Notes: generated by a model from the letters alone, not told the origin. DNA of 41,949 nucleotides from Candidatus Omnitrophota bacterium (GCA_041663405.1 JBAYMW010000001.1:1-41949); one strand, 5' to 3'; shown: positions 10,578 through 19,876, counted from the first letter of the stretch. Numbers and translations: made by a program.

Positions 10578-13500
10578 CTAATATTCCCGGCAGTACAACA
10601 CCTGCGCCTTGGGCAAATACGTGATCGTCACGTCCTCAAGGACAGGGGTTTCGAAAGCCGGCGTGCCGGTCGTCGAGATCGCCGACTGCTGCAGAACAAA
10701 GCTGTCCCAGTAATTATCCGTAGGTATCCAATTCCCCCAAACTCCTATTCCCGCGCGCACTTTTGTCGCGGATGCCGGGGCGGCAACCCAGCCCATATCC
10801 ATAAGTATATAATCACTGCCCACATTATGGCCCGATGAGGTCGGCAACGAACTCGAGGAAACAAGGTTGCCTCCGCTATCGTAAAATTTCAGCTCCAGGT
10901 CACCGTGCCAACTATCGCAGTCCGCGGACCATGAATACCATCCGCTGAATTTATATTTTGCACCTTTTACGCACGGTACTTCCTGGTATATCTCGGTATC
11001 CAGTTTACTGCTGCCACTGCCGGAACGCCGTCCATGGCGCAAGTGATATGTCCCCTCATACGGCTTAACATTGCTTGCTGTGGCGCCGTTAGCCGACACA
11101 ACCGTCCATGAGCTCAAACTCCCCGTCTCGAAACCGCCGTTGAGCAGGACATTGTCCCTATCCTCTACCGTTTCGGAATCAGTCGCGCTAAGCTTTGTCT
11201 TTACCGTTATCTTATCCGAAACCGTATTTATCGGCTGCCCTGATGACGGATCCGTCCAGTCGCCGCTCCAGGCCGTTTTCGTCCCGGTCGTATCTACGGA
11301 CAACGTTATGCCGCCGCCTTCATCCGCGATCTCATCGGGCACGGCCTGCGTCCAGGTGGCGGTACCCCAAAGGACGTTCTCCCCGGGGCTGAACTGCGGG
11401 GATTCATAGGTACCGCTCGCAGCGTAAAGACCGTTATTCATGTCGGCATTCACCTGGATCTCCGAACGCTCGGTAGGCCATATCCATACGGAACCTATGA
11501 CCGCATTGGAGAACTCAATCTTCCCCTGGGTGGTATTCCATTTGCTGTATTCGTTGCCGCACATGAAATCGTAGTCGGGGTCAGCCTTGTCGGCGTAATC
11601 GGAATGGTAATAATACACGTTCATGTTATCGGCGCCGGCTTGTCCGGAATTATTATTAAGCTTGCTCTCGCCGTTCAGGTATACATAGATCGGGCATACT
11701 TCCGAGATGTAGGTCCCCTCGGGATCACCCTTTATCGGGGAAGGGTTTCTCCATGTGACGGCCAGATGGTTCCATTTTCCCGCGTCCCAATGACCCCATC
11801 CCGTGCCGCCGTAAGGCCACCCAAACCAGGAATCCCCCCATTTAAAAAGGCCCTCCGAGAATCCCCATGCGTTTGCGGAGGTGTTCCATGTTCCTCCGCC
11901 CCATCTCGCCTCGGCATAGGTCCCGCCGCCATCCGACCACATGAACAATGTCACATACGGCATACCGTTCGGATCGGTAAAACCGTCGATGGCGCTGCCG
12001 CTCGTAAGCCGAAGGAACTTCCTGTCTATATCGGAATCACCATAGATCCTGGAATCCAGGCTGTTCCACTGCGTCTTGAACCATATCTCCATCGTCCCGC
12101 CCCCGGCAAGTATATTGTTTGGGGTCTTATAACAGGCCCATACCTGGTCAAAAACATCAACCAGCATGCCGTCCGGCATCAGGTCTCCCCTGTCGGCGAA
12201 ATCGGCCACGCTTCCAAGCTCAGGCTTATTCGATACATTGACCGGGGACTTGTTCCCGCCGGCGGCCGCGGCTTCAAGCGAAACCCTGTACGGCGCGTTG
12301 AACCATCCCGGGCCGTCTGCCGAGTCGGGCCCTCCGGCCGTCTTCCTGGCCAGCATTATCTGCCCGTCGTATGCCGCCGCGGACGGGGGCGTATCCTCCG
12401 CCTCTACAGGCTCGGGATATGTAGTCACGTTCGTCTTAGACGAACCGGACGCTTCCAACTGCTGCTGCGAGGTCAACCTGTATATATCGAATATCTTCAC
12501 GATAGCGGTAATATTCTTACGCGCAAGAGGCAATCCGGAACGACTGACCTCTCCGGATGAAGTCACCTCATAATAACCTCCCGAATTGAAGCTGAATTCT
12601 GTTGTATTCACGATCAGGCCCTTATCGTTCTCGTCCACAAGGCCGTTCTTGTTCCAGTCAATAAGGTATTTACCGATGTAGCCCATCTTATCGGCCCAGC
12701 CCGCATTACGTATCCACGAAAAACCCGTGTTTGGGCACGCGTTGGCCATCACGAGGTCCGCGTCCCTCGTACCTATGGAGCCGCAATTCACTATCGACAG
12801 GTAGAACTGGCTCCAATTCGAATAAGGCCTGTGGTCTATTATATACTGCGCGAGAAGGCCGGCCTCGGTGCTGCTTATCGACAGGGCGCCCCCGGAACAG
12901 GCATCGCATGCGGTGCTTGAAGTAGGGCCGTTTATCTGGCCGTCGCCGCCGCACTTAGGACAGGCATGCACCGCCCTTATGCCGGTCAGGACGGCCCGCA
13001 GCACCTCTTTGCTTGCGGTATTCACGTTTACGGGGGACCTTTTCTGCACCGCGTACGGCGACGAAACGTCTATAGGATTTACGGTCAACGGGTCAACATA
13101 TCCGAATACCGTCAGGTAATCCGCGACGGCGGCGTATTTATCCTCTATCTCCTGCCGGGTGGATCCGCTTATATGCAGCTTAATCTGTTCCTTCGTCGAA
13201 TATCCTCCCGAAGGACGGTTGTTCACTATATTCTCGCAATCCGTATCGGTCAATAAAGCGGGGCTGGATGTGCCGCTGAGGCTCTTAAGTATCTGTATAA
13301 GATTAGTGTTCTCGGCATCGTTGAGGTTTATGCGGCTGGCGCAGTCGACTACTGTAACGTTATACGTGCCCCTAAGGCCCCTGTTGAGATTGGCCGTCTC
13401 AGTGTAGAGGGCGATCGTCCCGTTATCATATGACGTATCGGCGATATCGACCGCATCCGTCGTCGCGCCTATCGAGCCGCACCTGAGTTCCGCTATCGCG

Positions 13501-13667
13501 CGCGATATCCCCGCATCGGCGGAAAGCTCCGCCTTGGCCGCATAATAATAGTTATAGGCTGTCTTAAGGCTTAATATGGACCCAATGGTAAACGACACGC
13601 CGACACAGGACAGGAACGTAAGGGCGCCCAAAGCTATGAGGATGGTTACCCCTCTTCTCAGGCGCAT
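10578..13667 (-). CDS. Giant GspK/PilX-like minor pseudopilin fused to LamG-like, beta-sandwich and CBM4/9-like modules (paralog K3)
   Basis: 1029 aa. N-terminus is MRLRRG|VTILIALGAL (basic-Gly-hydrophobic, no Glu+5). GspK hallmarks are VTVVDCASRINLND and the HhH SPVNVNTASKEVLRAVLTGI. It has CPKCGGDG-x11-CDACSGG, closing strands GGYYEVTSSGEV..NITAIVKIFD (about aa 400), and a LamG_3-like region MEIWFKT..WNHLAVTW..VYLNGE..AVIGSVWIW (about aa 520-735). Then come GTYESPQFSPGENVLWGTATW, a CBM-like NGGFETGSLSSWT (about aa 838-995) and the terminal TPVLEDVTITYLP. Confidence 0.75.
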   Translation of the reverse strand: MRLRRGVTILIALGALTFLSCVGVSFTIGSILSLKTAYNYYYAAKAELSADAGISRAIAELRCGSIGATTDAVDIADTSYDNGTIALYTETANLNRGLRGTYNVTVVDCASRINLNDAENTNLIQILKSLSGTSSPALLTDTDCENIVNNRPSGGYSTKEQIKLHISGSTRQEIEDKYAAVADYLTVFGYVDPLTVNPIDVSSPYAVQKRSPVNVNTASKEVLRAVLTGIRAVHACPKCGGDGQINGPTSSTACDACSGGALSISSTEAGLLAQYIIDHRPYSNWSQFYLSIVNCGSIGTRDADLVMANACPNTGFSWIRNAGWADKMGYIGKYLIDWNKNGLVDENDKGLIVNTTEFSFNSGGYYEVTSSGEVSRSGLPLARKNITAIVKIFDIYRLTSQQQLEASGSSKTNVTTYPEPVEAEDTPPSAAAYDGQIMLARKTAGGPDSADGPGWFNAPYRVSLEAAAAGGNKSPVNVSNKPELGSVADFADRGDLMPDGMLVDVFDQVWACYKTPNNILAGGGTMEIWFKTQWNSLDSRIYGDSDIDRKFLRLTSGSAIDGFTDPNGMPYVTLFMWSDGGGTYAEARWGGGTWNTSANAWGFSEGLFKWGDSWFGWPYGGTGWGHWDAGKWNHLAVTWRNPSPIKGDPEGTYISEVCPIYVYLNGESKLNNNSGQAGADNMNVYYYHSDYADKADPDYDFMCGNEYSKWNTTQGKIEFSNAVIGSVWIWPTERSEIQVNADMNNGLYAASGTYESPQFSPGENVLWGTATWTQAVPDEIADEGGGITLSVDTTGTKTAWSGDWTDPSSGQPINTVSDKITVKTKLSATDSETVEDRDNVLLNGGFETGSLSSWTVVSANGATASNVKPYEGTYHLRHGRRSGSGSSKLDTEIYQEVPCVKGAKYKFSGWYSWSADCDSWHGDLELKFYDSGGNLVSSSSLPTSSGHNVGSDYILMDMGWVAAPASATKVRAGIGVWGNWIPTDNYWDSFVLQQSAISTTGTPAFETPVLEDVTITYLPKAQVLYCREY

Positions 13668-13668
13668 T

Positions 13669-14655
13669 TTATTTGCCCATCCTCGGCATGGACGCCTCTA
13701 TCCTTATATCGTCCAACAACTCATTGAACATGTCTTCATTAAACAGCTTCTTCAGGTCATCGGGCCTTATCCTGGCCTTAGGGTCGTTCTTGACCTTATT
13801 ATATTTTACGGGGTCCTTCAGCTCAAGATCGCAGAATTGCCAAAGCTTTAAGATGGAATTTACGGCTATCGTAATCCCATCCTCCGCCCTCGGGAAGAAC
13901 ATATTACGCGAATCCTGCTTATTCCGGATCCCCTTCAAATACAACAACCACGTATTGGACCACTTATCCCAATCCCTCCCGACGAATTTTTTCTTTGCTG
14001 CGGAGAACTTGTCAGAGAACTCATTTTGCAGCGTCTCAAGTTTTGCCAGGGCCGCAGCTATCTTGCACTTTGCTTCGACCTCGGTTTTGACGATGTCGCC
14101 CAGGGTGCCCACATAAAGCTTGCAGGAATACTCGACAGTCCTTACCTTCGTGCCGAAGGCGAAATTGCTCCGGAGCATCTCCACTATATCCGGGGTTTGC
14201 CTTTCGGGCATGAAGATCACCGAAACGGTATATACGGCAGGGAAGAGCCTCCTCCTGGAAAACCTGAAATCCATCGAGATCCTATTATCGAAGACGCTAG
14301 TCCTGCCGGATGCAATGAACCTGTCCCGCCCCTTGATGTATATCTCTACCATTGCCCCGTTGGGCAGGGCCGCATCGCCCGCGACCGTGACCCGCACGTT
14401 ATCCCCCTGCGGCTCGTATGAGGCGTCTATCTTCAGGTCGTAGGGCAATTTGTTGTCTTTTGTCTTCTCGTCCCCGGGTGTGCCGGCGGTCTCCGGCTGG
14501 GTCTCTTCGGACGTCTCATCAGCGGTTTTGAAGAAATCATCGGGCAGAACCCCGCCGTTCTTAAGCAATATATCGTCGGCCGATGCACGGCCGGCAATAA
14601 AAAAAAGGACGGCCAAGATAAATAGCATCCCACCGCCCTTTTGAAAACTCAACAC
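13669..14655 (-). CDS. Secreted protein of unknown family, K-gene partner (paralog P3)
   Basis: I set the start at GTG 14655 (AGGAGG 7 nt upstream), giving (M)LSFQKGGGMLFILAVLFFIAGRASA|DDILLKNG. The alternative ATG 14628 has no charged n-region, and the ORF-track start 14733 lies inside K2. The stop is 1 nt before the K3 ATG. Paralogous to P1 and P2. Confidence 0.7.
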   Translation of the reverse strand: MLSFQKGGGMLFILAVLFFIAGRASADDILLKNGGVLPDDFFKTADETSEETQPETAGTPGDEKTKDNKLPYDLKIDASYEPQGDNVRVTVAGDAALPNGAMVEIYIKGRDRFIASGRTSVFDNRISMDFRFSRRRLFPAVYTVSVIFMPERQTPDIVEMLRSNFAFGTKVRTVEYSCKLYVGTLGDIVKTEVEAKCKIAAALAKLETLQNEFSDKFSAAKKKFVGRDWDKWSNTWLLYLKGIRNKQDSRNMFFPRAEDGITIAVNSILKLWQFCDLELKDPVKYNKVKNDPKARIRPDDLKKLFNEDMFNELLDDIRIEASMPRMGK

Positions 14656-14677
14656 AAGCCGCCCTCCTATCGCAGGA

Positions 14678-17600
14678 TCATTGCTGATAAAGTATCGTTG
14701 TCTTCGGCATATATGTAATACTGACATCTTCAAGAACAGGGGTCTCCAATACCGGGACGGTCACCGTCGAACCCTGCTCGATCACGGTAATATCGTCGAA
14801 ATACGTCGGGTTCGCGGGCGATCCTCCGCTTTGCCACGTACCGAACCGGGCCCTAACGGTAACTGCGTTGGCAGGCGCCGTGATCCAACCGCTGTCAGCC
14901 ATGTTCCACTGATCCCTTGTGTATAGATGGACATTCCACTGGTTGCTGCCGATGATCGACCCTGAGGAATTCAGGAACCTGTACCCGATGTAAGAACCCC
15001 AGTTGCCGGAACCGCCGCTTGGCACATAAGCCCAGCCGCTTATCCTGTATATTTTGCCCGGCGTGACAGAAACGTCTTGGTACTTTCCTCCGTCCCACCA
15101 GTTCTTTGCCATCTTGCCCCCGCCATGAGGCGTCGGCGGGCCCGTCAGGCTCCATACGTTGGTGCTCCAATCATTTACCCAGTCCGTTATGGCATCCGCG
15201 CATTCAAATCCCGGGGTGAGCAGCAGCTGTTTATTCGGTTGGGTTGATGAAGAAGATGCAGACGCAAGGGTCGCCCTATATGATATCGATTGGGACGAAG
15301 TATTGATGGGCTGGCCGCTGCCGGGGCTCGTCCAAGCACCGGAGAACGAACCCGAGGTATTGACGTCCATAGAAAGACTTTCATTCGCCGTAGGGATCGC
15401 CTGGGTCCACGCGATCGTCCCCCACCGCACCTGTTTTCCCGGAACGGGCGTGTACGACGGCGATACGTATGTCCCGCTATTGACATAAATACCGCTGCCG
15501 TATTCGCTGAGGACCTGGGAAGAAGACAGTTTGCTGTCCCATATTCTCACTGAACCTATAACTGCATTGAGCATATTCCTCGCGTAATGCGATGTCGACC
15601 CCGAACCCTGCCACCATTCATGGCCGACCATTAGATACTGCCACGAGCTGCTGTTCAAATATGGCAGATGATAGTAGTAGGGATCGCTCGTCTTGGCGGA
15701 ACCATCAAAATAACATATAAGGTCCGTTTGTGAGTAGTTCCCGGGAGGAGGCGAGAGCGTATTTGGCGGACCTTTCCCATCGTTCGCAGCCTTCTGCCAG
15801 GATATGACCAGCTGGTGCCAGGAACCGGGGTCCCACGGGCCGAAAAGCTCAGAGCCGGTATAATTCCGCGCGTATTCGATGGCCCATTCTCCGGAACCCT
15901 CGTTCTGACCGGGATAATATGCCCAGGCGGAGCCCGTCCAGTATCCGTAGCCCTGCGCGCCTATCGATACGCTCTTGGGCGTTCCGGAAAAGTTCTGCGA
16001 GTAGAATACAAATGTGGAGAACGGGTATTTAAGGGCCTCCCCGTTTATGGTATCCCTGCTCATGAGCCTTATAGCTTTCCTGTCGAAGCAATCGTCATTA
16101 TACATCTGGCAATCTTTCGCATACCACATCGGCTTGAACCAGATCTCAATAGTCCCGGCGTCCGACGATATGTTGCTGGACGGAAGATAATCGGGGCATA
16201 CGTTATCATACGTGTCCACTATGATGCCGTCCGGTACAAGCTCTCCCCTGCTCGTCCGCGACGCAACGCTTGCTATGTTGGGCATCGTGCCGGCCGGGCT
16301 GCCGCTGTTGGGCGGCGTCTGCAGCGCCGTAGAACCGCCCGCGGCGTCTGCATTGAGGGTAGAATAATAATTAGCCCTGAAATAGCTGCCGGAATTAGGC
16401 GTGGTCTTGACCGTCTTTCTAAGCATCAATTGGCCGTCATACGCAGCCGACGCCACTCCTCCCATCCTCGATTCGGGGTAGCTCTGGAGATCGGTCAGGG
16501 TCCCCGATTCAAAATCCGACTGCGACGTCTTTCTCAGTATATCGAATATCTTAACGGTACAATTTATCGTCTTTTGGGCCAGCACCGTGCCGGCCGCGCT
16601 CCTGACCGTTCCGGTGGAACTCAGCGAATAATACCCTCCGGAATTCAGGCTGAATTCCGTCGTGCTTACCCTCAAGCCCTTATCGCTGCTGCTCACCGCA
16701 CCGTTCTTATCTACGTCTATTACGTACTTGCCTGCCCTTCCAAGCTTATCTCCCCACCCTTCGCCCCTGACCCAGGAAAAACCGGTATTGGGATTAGCGT
16801 TGGCCATGACCAATTCCTGGTCAGATGATGTGTTCGTCCCCTGGTTAAAGAACGCCTTTACGGAAGAATAAAAAGACTCCCAGGAAGAATACGGCCTATG
16901 GGCCGGATTTGATGACGTGCCATCCCCGGCTATCCACAGGGCAAGGTTTTGGGCTTCGGTAGAAGTTATGGTCAAATTCCCCGTATTAGTCGAAGGAGAA
17001 CCGGAACCGTCACAATAAGGACAATCGATATGGCTATTGCTCGGATATACGGAATAATAATACCCGTCCCCTCCGCACATAGGACAGGAGTGGTCTGCCG
17101 TGATCCCGTTCAGGACGGCACGGAGTACCTCACGGCTTGCGGTATTTACGTTCACAGGAGACCTTGGCTGCAAGGCATAAGGCGTTGATATATCCTGGGG
17201 ATTCACCACGAGAGGGTCAACATACCCGAATTCGGTTATATAGGGTTCGATCCTGCGGTATTTCTCGTCCTTCTGCGCCGCAGTGCCCGTGAGGACATTT
17301 TTTATCTGCTGCTTGCAGGCGTACGGCCTGCCGGCCGCTATATTATCACAATCGGTATCGCTTAAGGACGTCAGGGTCGAAGTGATGGCCGTATTGAGGC
17401 TCTTCAGCATCTGCGATAACCGGGCATTGGTGTTTGGGTCGTTTATATTTATCCTGCTCGCGCAATCAACCACCGATACCGAATATCCGCCGTTGAACTG
17501 CAACAGCGTGCCGGAATAACCGGAAGTGAAACATATGTCCGATGCCGAATCTATCTGGTCGGAGGCCGCTCCGCTGGACCCGAACTTGAGCTCGGTTATG

Positions 17601-17782
17601 GCCTTTGCGATCCCTGCCTCGGCCATGTATTTTGCCATGACGGTGTTATGGAAATTGACCGAGGATTTTTGGTCAACTATCGCGACGATCGCGAGCATGC
17701 TCCCGATCAAGCCGAGGGCGCTCAACACCAGCAACGCTAAGACGATCGAAAAACCCATCTTCTTTCCGGCTTTATTTACCAT
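14678..17782 (-). CDS. Giant GspK/PilX-like minor pseudopilin fused to LamG-like, beta-sandwich and CBM-like modules (paralog K2)
   Basis: 1034 aa with N-terminus MVNKAGKKMG|FSIVLALLVLSAL, then VSVVDCASRININD, SPVNVNTASREVLRAVLNGI and CPMCGGDG-x16-CPYCDGSG. It has closing strands GGYYSLSSTGTV..INCTVKIFD and a LamG_3-like region IEIWFKP..WHQLVISW..AVIGSVRIWDSKLSSSQV. It ends with GTYVSPSYTPVPGKQVRWGTIAW and TPVLEDVSITYMP. Collinear with K3 throughout. Confidence 0.75.
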   Translation of the reverse strand: MVNKAGKKMGFSIVLALLVLSALGLIGSMLAIVAIVDQKSSVNFHNTVMAKYMAEAGIAKAITELKFGSSGAASDQIDSASDICFTSGYSGTLLQFNGGYSVSVVDCASRININDPNTNARLSQMLKSLNTAITSTLTSLSDTDCDNIAAGRPYACKQQIKNVLTGTAAQKDEKYRRIEPYITEFGYVDPLVVNPQDISTPYALQPRSPVNVNTASREVLRAVLNGITADHSCPMCGGDGYYYSVYPSNSHIDCPYCDGSGSPSTNTGNLTITSTEAQNLALWIAGDGTSSNPAHRPYSSWESFYSSVKAFFNQGTNTSSDQELVMANANPNTGFSWVRGEGWGDKLGRAGKYVIDVDKNGAVSSSDKGLRVSTTEFSLNSGGYYSLSSTGTVRSAAGTVLAQKTINCTVKIFDILRKTSQSDFESGTLTDLQSYPESRMGGVASAAYDGQLMLRKTVKTTPNSGSYFRANYYSTLNADAAGGSTALQTPPNSGSPAGTMPNIASVASRTSRGELVPDGIIVDTYDNVCPDYLPSSNISSDAGTIEIWFKPMWYAKDCQMYNDDCFDRKAIRLMSRDTINGEALKYPFSTFVFYSQNFSGTPKSVSIGAQGYGYWTGSAWAYYPGQNEGSGEWAIEYARNYTGSELFGPWDPGSWHQLVISWQKAANDGKGPPNTLSPPPGNYSQTDLICYFDGSAKTSDPYYYHLPYLNSSSWQYLMVGHEWWQGSGSTSHYARNMLNAVIGSVRIWDSKLSSSQVLSEYGSGIYVNSGTYVSPSYTPVPGKQVRWGTIAWTQAIPTANESLSMDVNTSGSFSGAWTSPGSGQPINTSSQSISYRATLASASSSSTQPNKQLLLTPGFECADAITDWVNDWSTNVWSLTGPPTPHGGGKMAKNWWDGGKYQDVSVTPGKIYRISGWAYVPSGGSGNWGSYIGYRFLNSSGSIIGSNQWNVHLYTRDQWNMADSGWITAPANAVTVRARFGTWQSGGSPANPTYFDDITVIEQGSTVTVPVLETPVLEDVSITYMPKTTILYQQ

Positions 17783-18836
17783 TATCCTCTCCGGTCTGGA
17801 TCGACAATTCTTCCTTGATCCTTATTATGATATTCCCGCACTCCCTGTTAAGATTTGCAAATTGCGCGGCATCGGACCGCTGCGAATCCCTGAAATATGC
17901 ATTATAAAGACTGGTCAGGCTGTCGGCGGTATCCGCTATGTTCTTTTGTGCGTACGGGTAATATCCGGCGGAACCGTATTTGGACCCGTTGAACTCCGCG
18001 ATCTTCCGCTTTAGTATCTTAAGCCGCGAGCGCCACCTGTCGGACCATACGGATTGCGCATCGACATCTATGACATGCAGCCTGACCTTAACGACATCGT
18101 TAAGATCGGCATAAAGGCCTTCCAGCTCTTTAGCCAGGGGCGCGAGCGCCGCACAGGCGGCTTTTTCCGATTCGGATATCTCTTTTTCATCGCCCACGCT
18201 GAAAGAGCAAGTCGCGCTGGTCAGGGATGCCCCCTTATCCATTTTTTCCAAAACAGCCGGCTGCTGGTTATCGGGAATAAAGACCGCCTCAGCCGAATAA
18301 TTTCCCTTTGATATGTGCATACCTACGGTCTGGAACGATATATCGAAAGTACCCTTGTCGACCATGCACCTGCCGCTCAACATGAGACCGCCGGCGCCTT
18401 TTACGAAAACGCCGATCAGCGAACCGTCAGGAAAGACCGTCTTCCCTTCAACATTAATTAGGTTCCTGTCCCCGGCGTAATCTGCGCGTATATCCAGGGC
18501 CAGGGAAGAGCCGTCGGCCGGAACGCTGCTATACTGGAACTTTACCGGCGCAGCCTCTTCAGGTACTGGGGCTTTCTCCTCTTTCTTCTGGAAGAAATCG
18601 GCCGGAAGCTCGCTCTCCGAGACAGATTCGACATCCTCCTGCCTCAGGGAGACCGTCCCCAGGCTTGTCCTGACCTCTAACAAAGAAATGCTTGAGGAGA
18701 TAACGTCGCCCTGTATGGTCCTGCCGTTCTTAAGAAGGATCTCGTCGGCGCAAACGCAGTTGCCATACAGCATAACCAAAAAAAATGCCGGCAAGGCCCA
18801 CGCAAATTTCCTCATCCGATCAGCCATTCCAGACAC
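17772..18836 (-). CDS. Secreted protein of unknown family, K-gene partner (paralog P2)
   Basis: 354 aa. GTG 18836 is preceded by GGGGGGGGAG + 5 nt. Signal peptide is ..MRKFAWALPAFFLVMLYGNCVCA|DEILLKNGRTIQGDVI. The 3' end overlaps the K2 ATG by 11 nt. Confidence 0.7.
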   Translation of the reverse strand: MSGMADRMRKFAWALPAFFLVMLYGNCVCADEILLKNGRTIQGDVISSSISLLEVRTSLGTVSLRQEDVESVSESELPADFFQKKEEKAPVPEEAAPVKFQYSSVPADGSSLALDIRADYAGDRNLINVEGKTVFPDGSLIGVFVKGAGGLMLSGRCMVDKGTFDISFQTVGMHISKGNYSAEAVFIPDNQQPAVLEKMDKGASLTSATCSFSVGDEKEISESEKAACAALAPLAKELEGLYADLNDVVKVRLHVIDVDAQSVWSDRWRSRLKILKRKIAEFNGSKYGSAGYYPYAQKNIADTADSLTSLYNAYFRDSQRSDAAQFANLNRECGNIIIRIKEELSIQTGEDNGK

Positions 18837-18863
18837 GTGGTCTCCCCCCCCTTGCTCGTTACA

Positions 18864-18892
18864 AGTATATCATATATTCCGCATCATTCCAA
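18864..18892 (-). promoter_or_regulatory. Possible internal promoter upstream of P2
   Basis: Minus strand reads TTGGAA-17 nt-TGaTATACT (-35 at 18887-18892, overlapping the P1 stop; -10 at 18864-18869). It matches consensus less well than the other promoters here. Confidence 0.4.
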
Positions 18893-19876
18893 GCCGGCCG
18901 TAGATACAGACAATTCCCGGACCGTTCCGGACATGGCGTCTTCGAAAGACTGCCTGAGGACCTTCGCATTCTGCACCGGCAGGACATGACCGGCGGATCT
19001 TGCGCCCGATGAATTGAGGTCTATCGTATAGGCCCTCATAAGCAGCGGAAGCTGGCGGAAGCAGAACTGCAGCCTCCTCTGCGATACGGGATGCAGCGAT
19101 ATAAGGTACGCGCCGGAATTGTCCTGAAACCTTTTCCCGGCCGCGCTAACTTTCGAAGCCCATTTCCTCGACCAATCCTTCCACCCCGGTCCGTCATTCG
19201 ACGTCCTGAAATTTTCATAAGCCCTGTTAAGCTCTCTATACAGGCCATCAGCCTCTTTCGCGACATCAGCAAGATACTCCTTCGCCCTCGTCTCATCTGC
19301 TTTCGCCCTCTCGACGGTACCGATAGTGATCGCGAACGGCTCGGAATACGCTTTACCGCCGCCAACCGACGCTTCTGCCTTTACGGTATATTTCCCGGCC
19401 ATTATCTCCTTCTTAAAAGGCCCGAACGCTACATAGAACTCTCCCCTTTTTACGCGCGACTCCTTCACCATTACGATGCTTTCGCCCTGCATGAAATATA
19501 CCCTGAGCGGGGTATTGTTCGGATATGAGCTCGTGCCGCTGACAAAAACCTTGTTCCTCGTGAACTCCGCCTTCAGCTTAATATCCGCCGAAGCAGTCTT
19601 ATTTATTTCCGCTTCCTCCGGGATCACTTCCAGATCGGGCAATTCAACGGTCGAATAACCTTCCGCGGGCTCTTTTATCTCGAACGATTTTATATCCTTC
19701 CTGCTGAGCCTCATCTTGCCCGAACCGAGTTTTATCTCGAGATAATCACCGGTCTGTTCAAGTATCCTGCCTTCCAGCGTCCTGCCGTTCTGCAGCACTA
19801 TTATATCAGCACGTGACGAAGCCGGTACGAGAAATACCATTAAAACGACAAGTGATATCCATCCGAATTTCATCAT
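18884..19876 (-). CDS. Secreted protein of unknown family, K-gene partner (paralog P1)
   Basis: I set the start at ATG 19876, where CTATGATG makes an ATGA overlap with the K1 stop and AGGGAAGG lies upstream. Signal peptide is MMKFGWISLVVLMVFLVPASSRA|DIIVLQNGRTLEGRI. Confidence 0.7.
   Translation of the reverse strand: MMKFGWISLVVLMVFLVPASSRADIIVLQNGRTLEGRILEQTGDYLEIKLGSGKMRLSRKDIKSFEIKEPAEGYSTVELPDLEVIPEEAEINKTASADIKLKAEFTRNKVFVSGTSSYPNNTPLRVYFMQGESIVMVKESRVKRGEFYVAFGPFKKEIMAGKYTVKAEASVGGGKAYSEPFAITIGTVERAKADETRAKEYLADVAKEADGLYRELNRAYENFRTSNDGPGWKDWSRKWASKVSAAGKRFQDNSGAYLISLHPVSQRRLQFCFRQLPLLMRAYTIDLNSSGARSAGHVLPVQNAKVLRQSFEDAMSGTVRELSVSTAGLE

Noticed and set aside
18844-18851. Homopolymers as possible phase-variation tracts: G8 in front of P2 (18844-18851) and T8 runs in the signal-peptide coding regions of P2 (18778-18785) and P3 (14599-14606).
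   Set aside because: The G8 run lies in the 5' UTR upstream of the GGAG-spacer-GTG. A length change would alter neither promoter spacing nor SD-start spacing. The T-runs simply encode Phe-Phe, and comparable T7 runs occur in plsC (33114-33120) and the gspH-like gene (about 24290). Read-level length heterogeneity would be needed to revive this idea.
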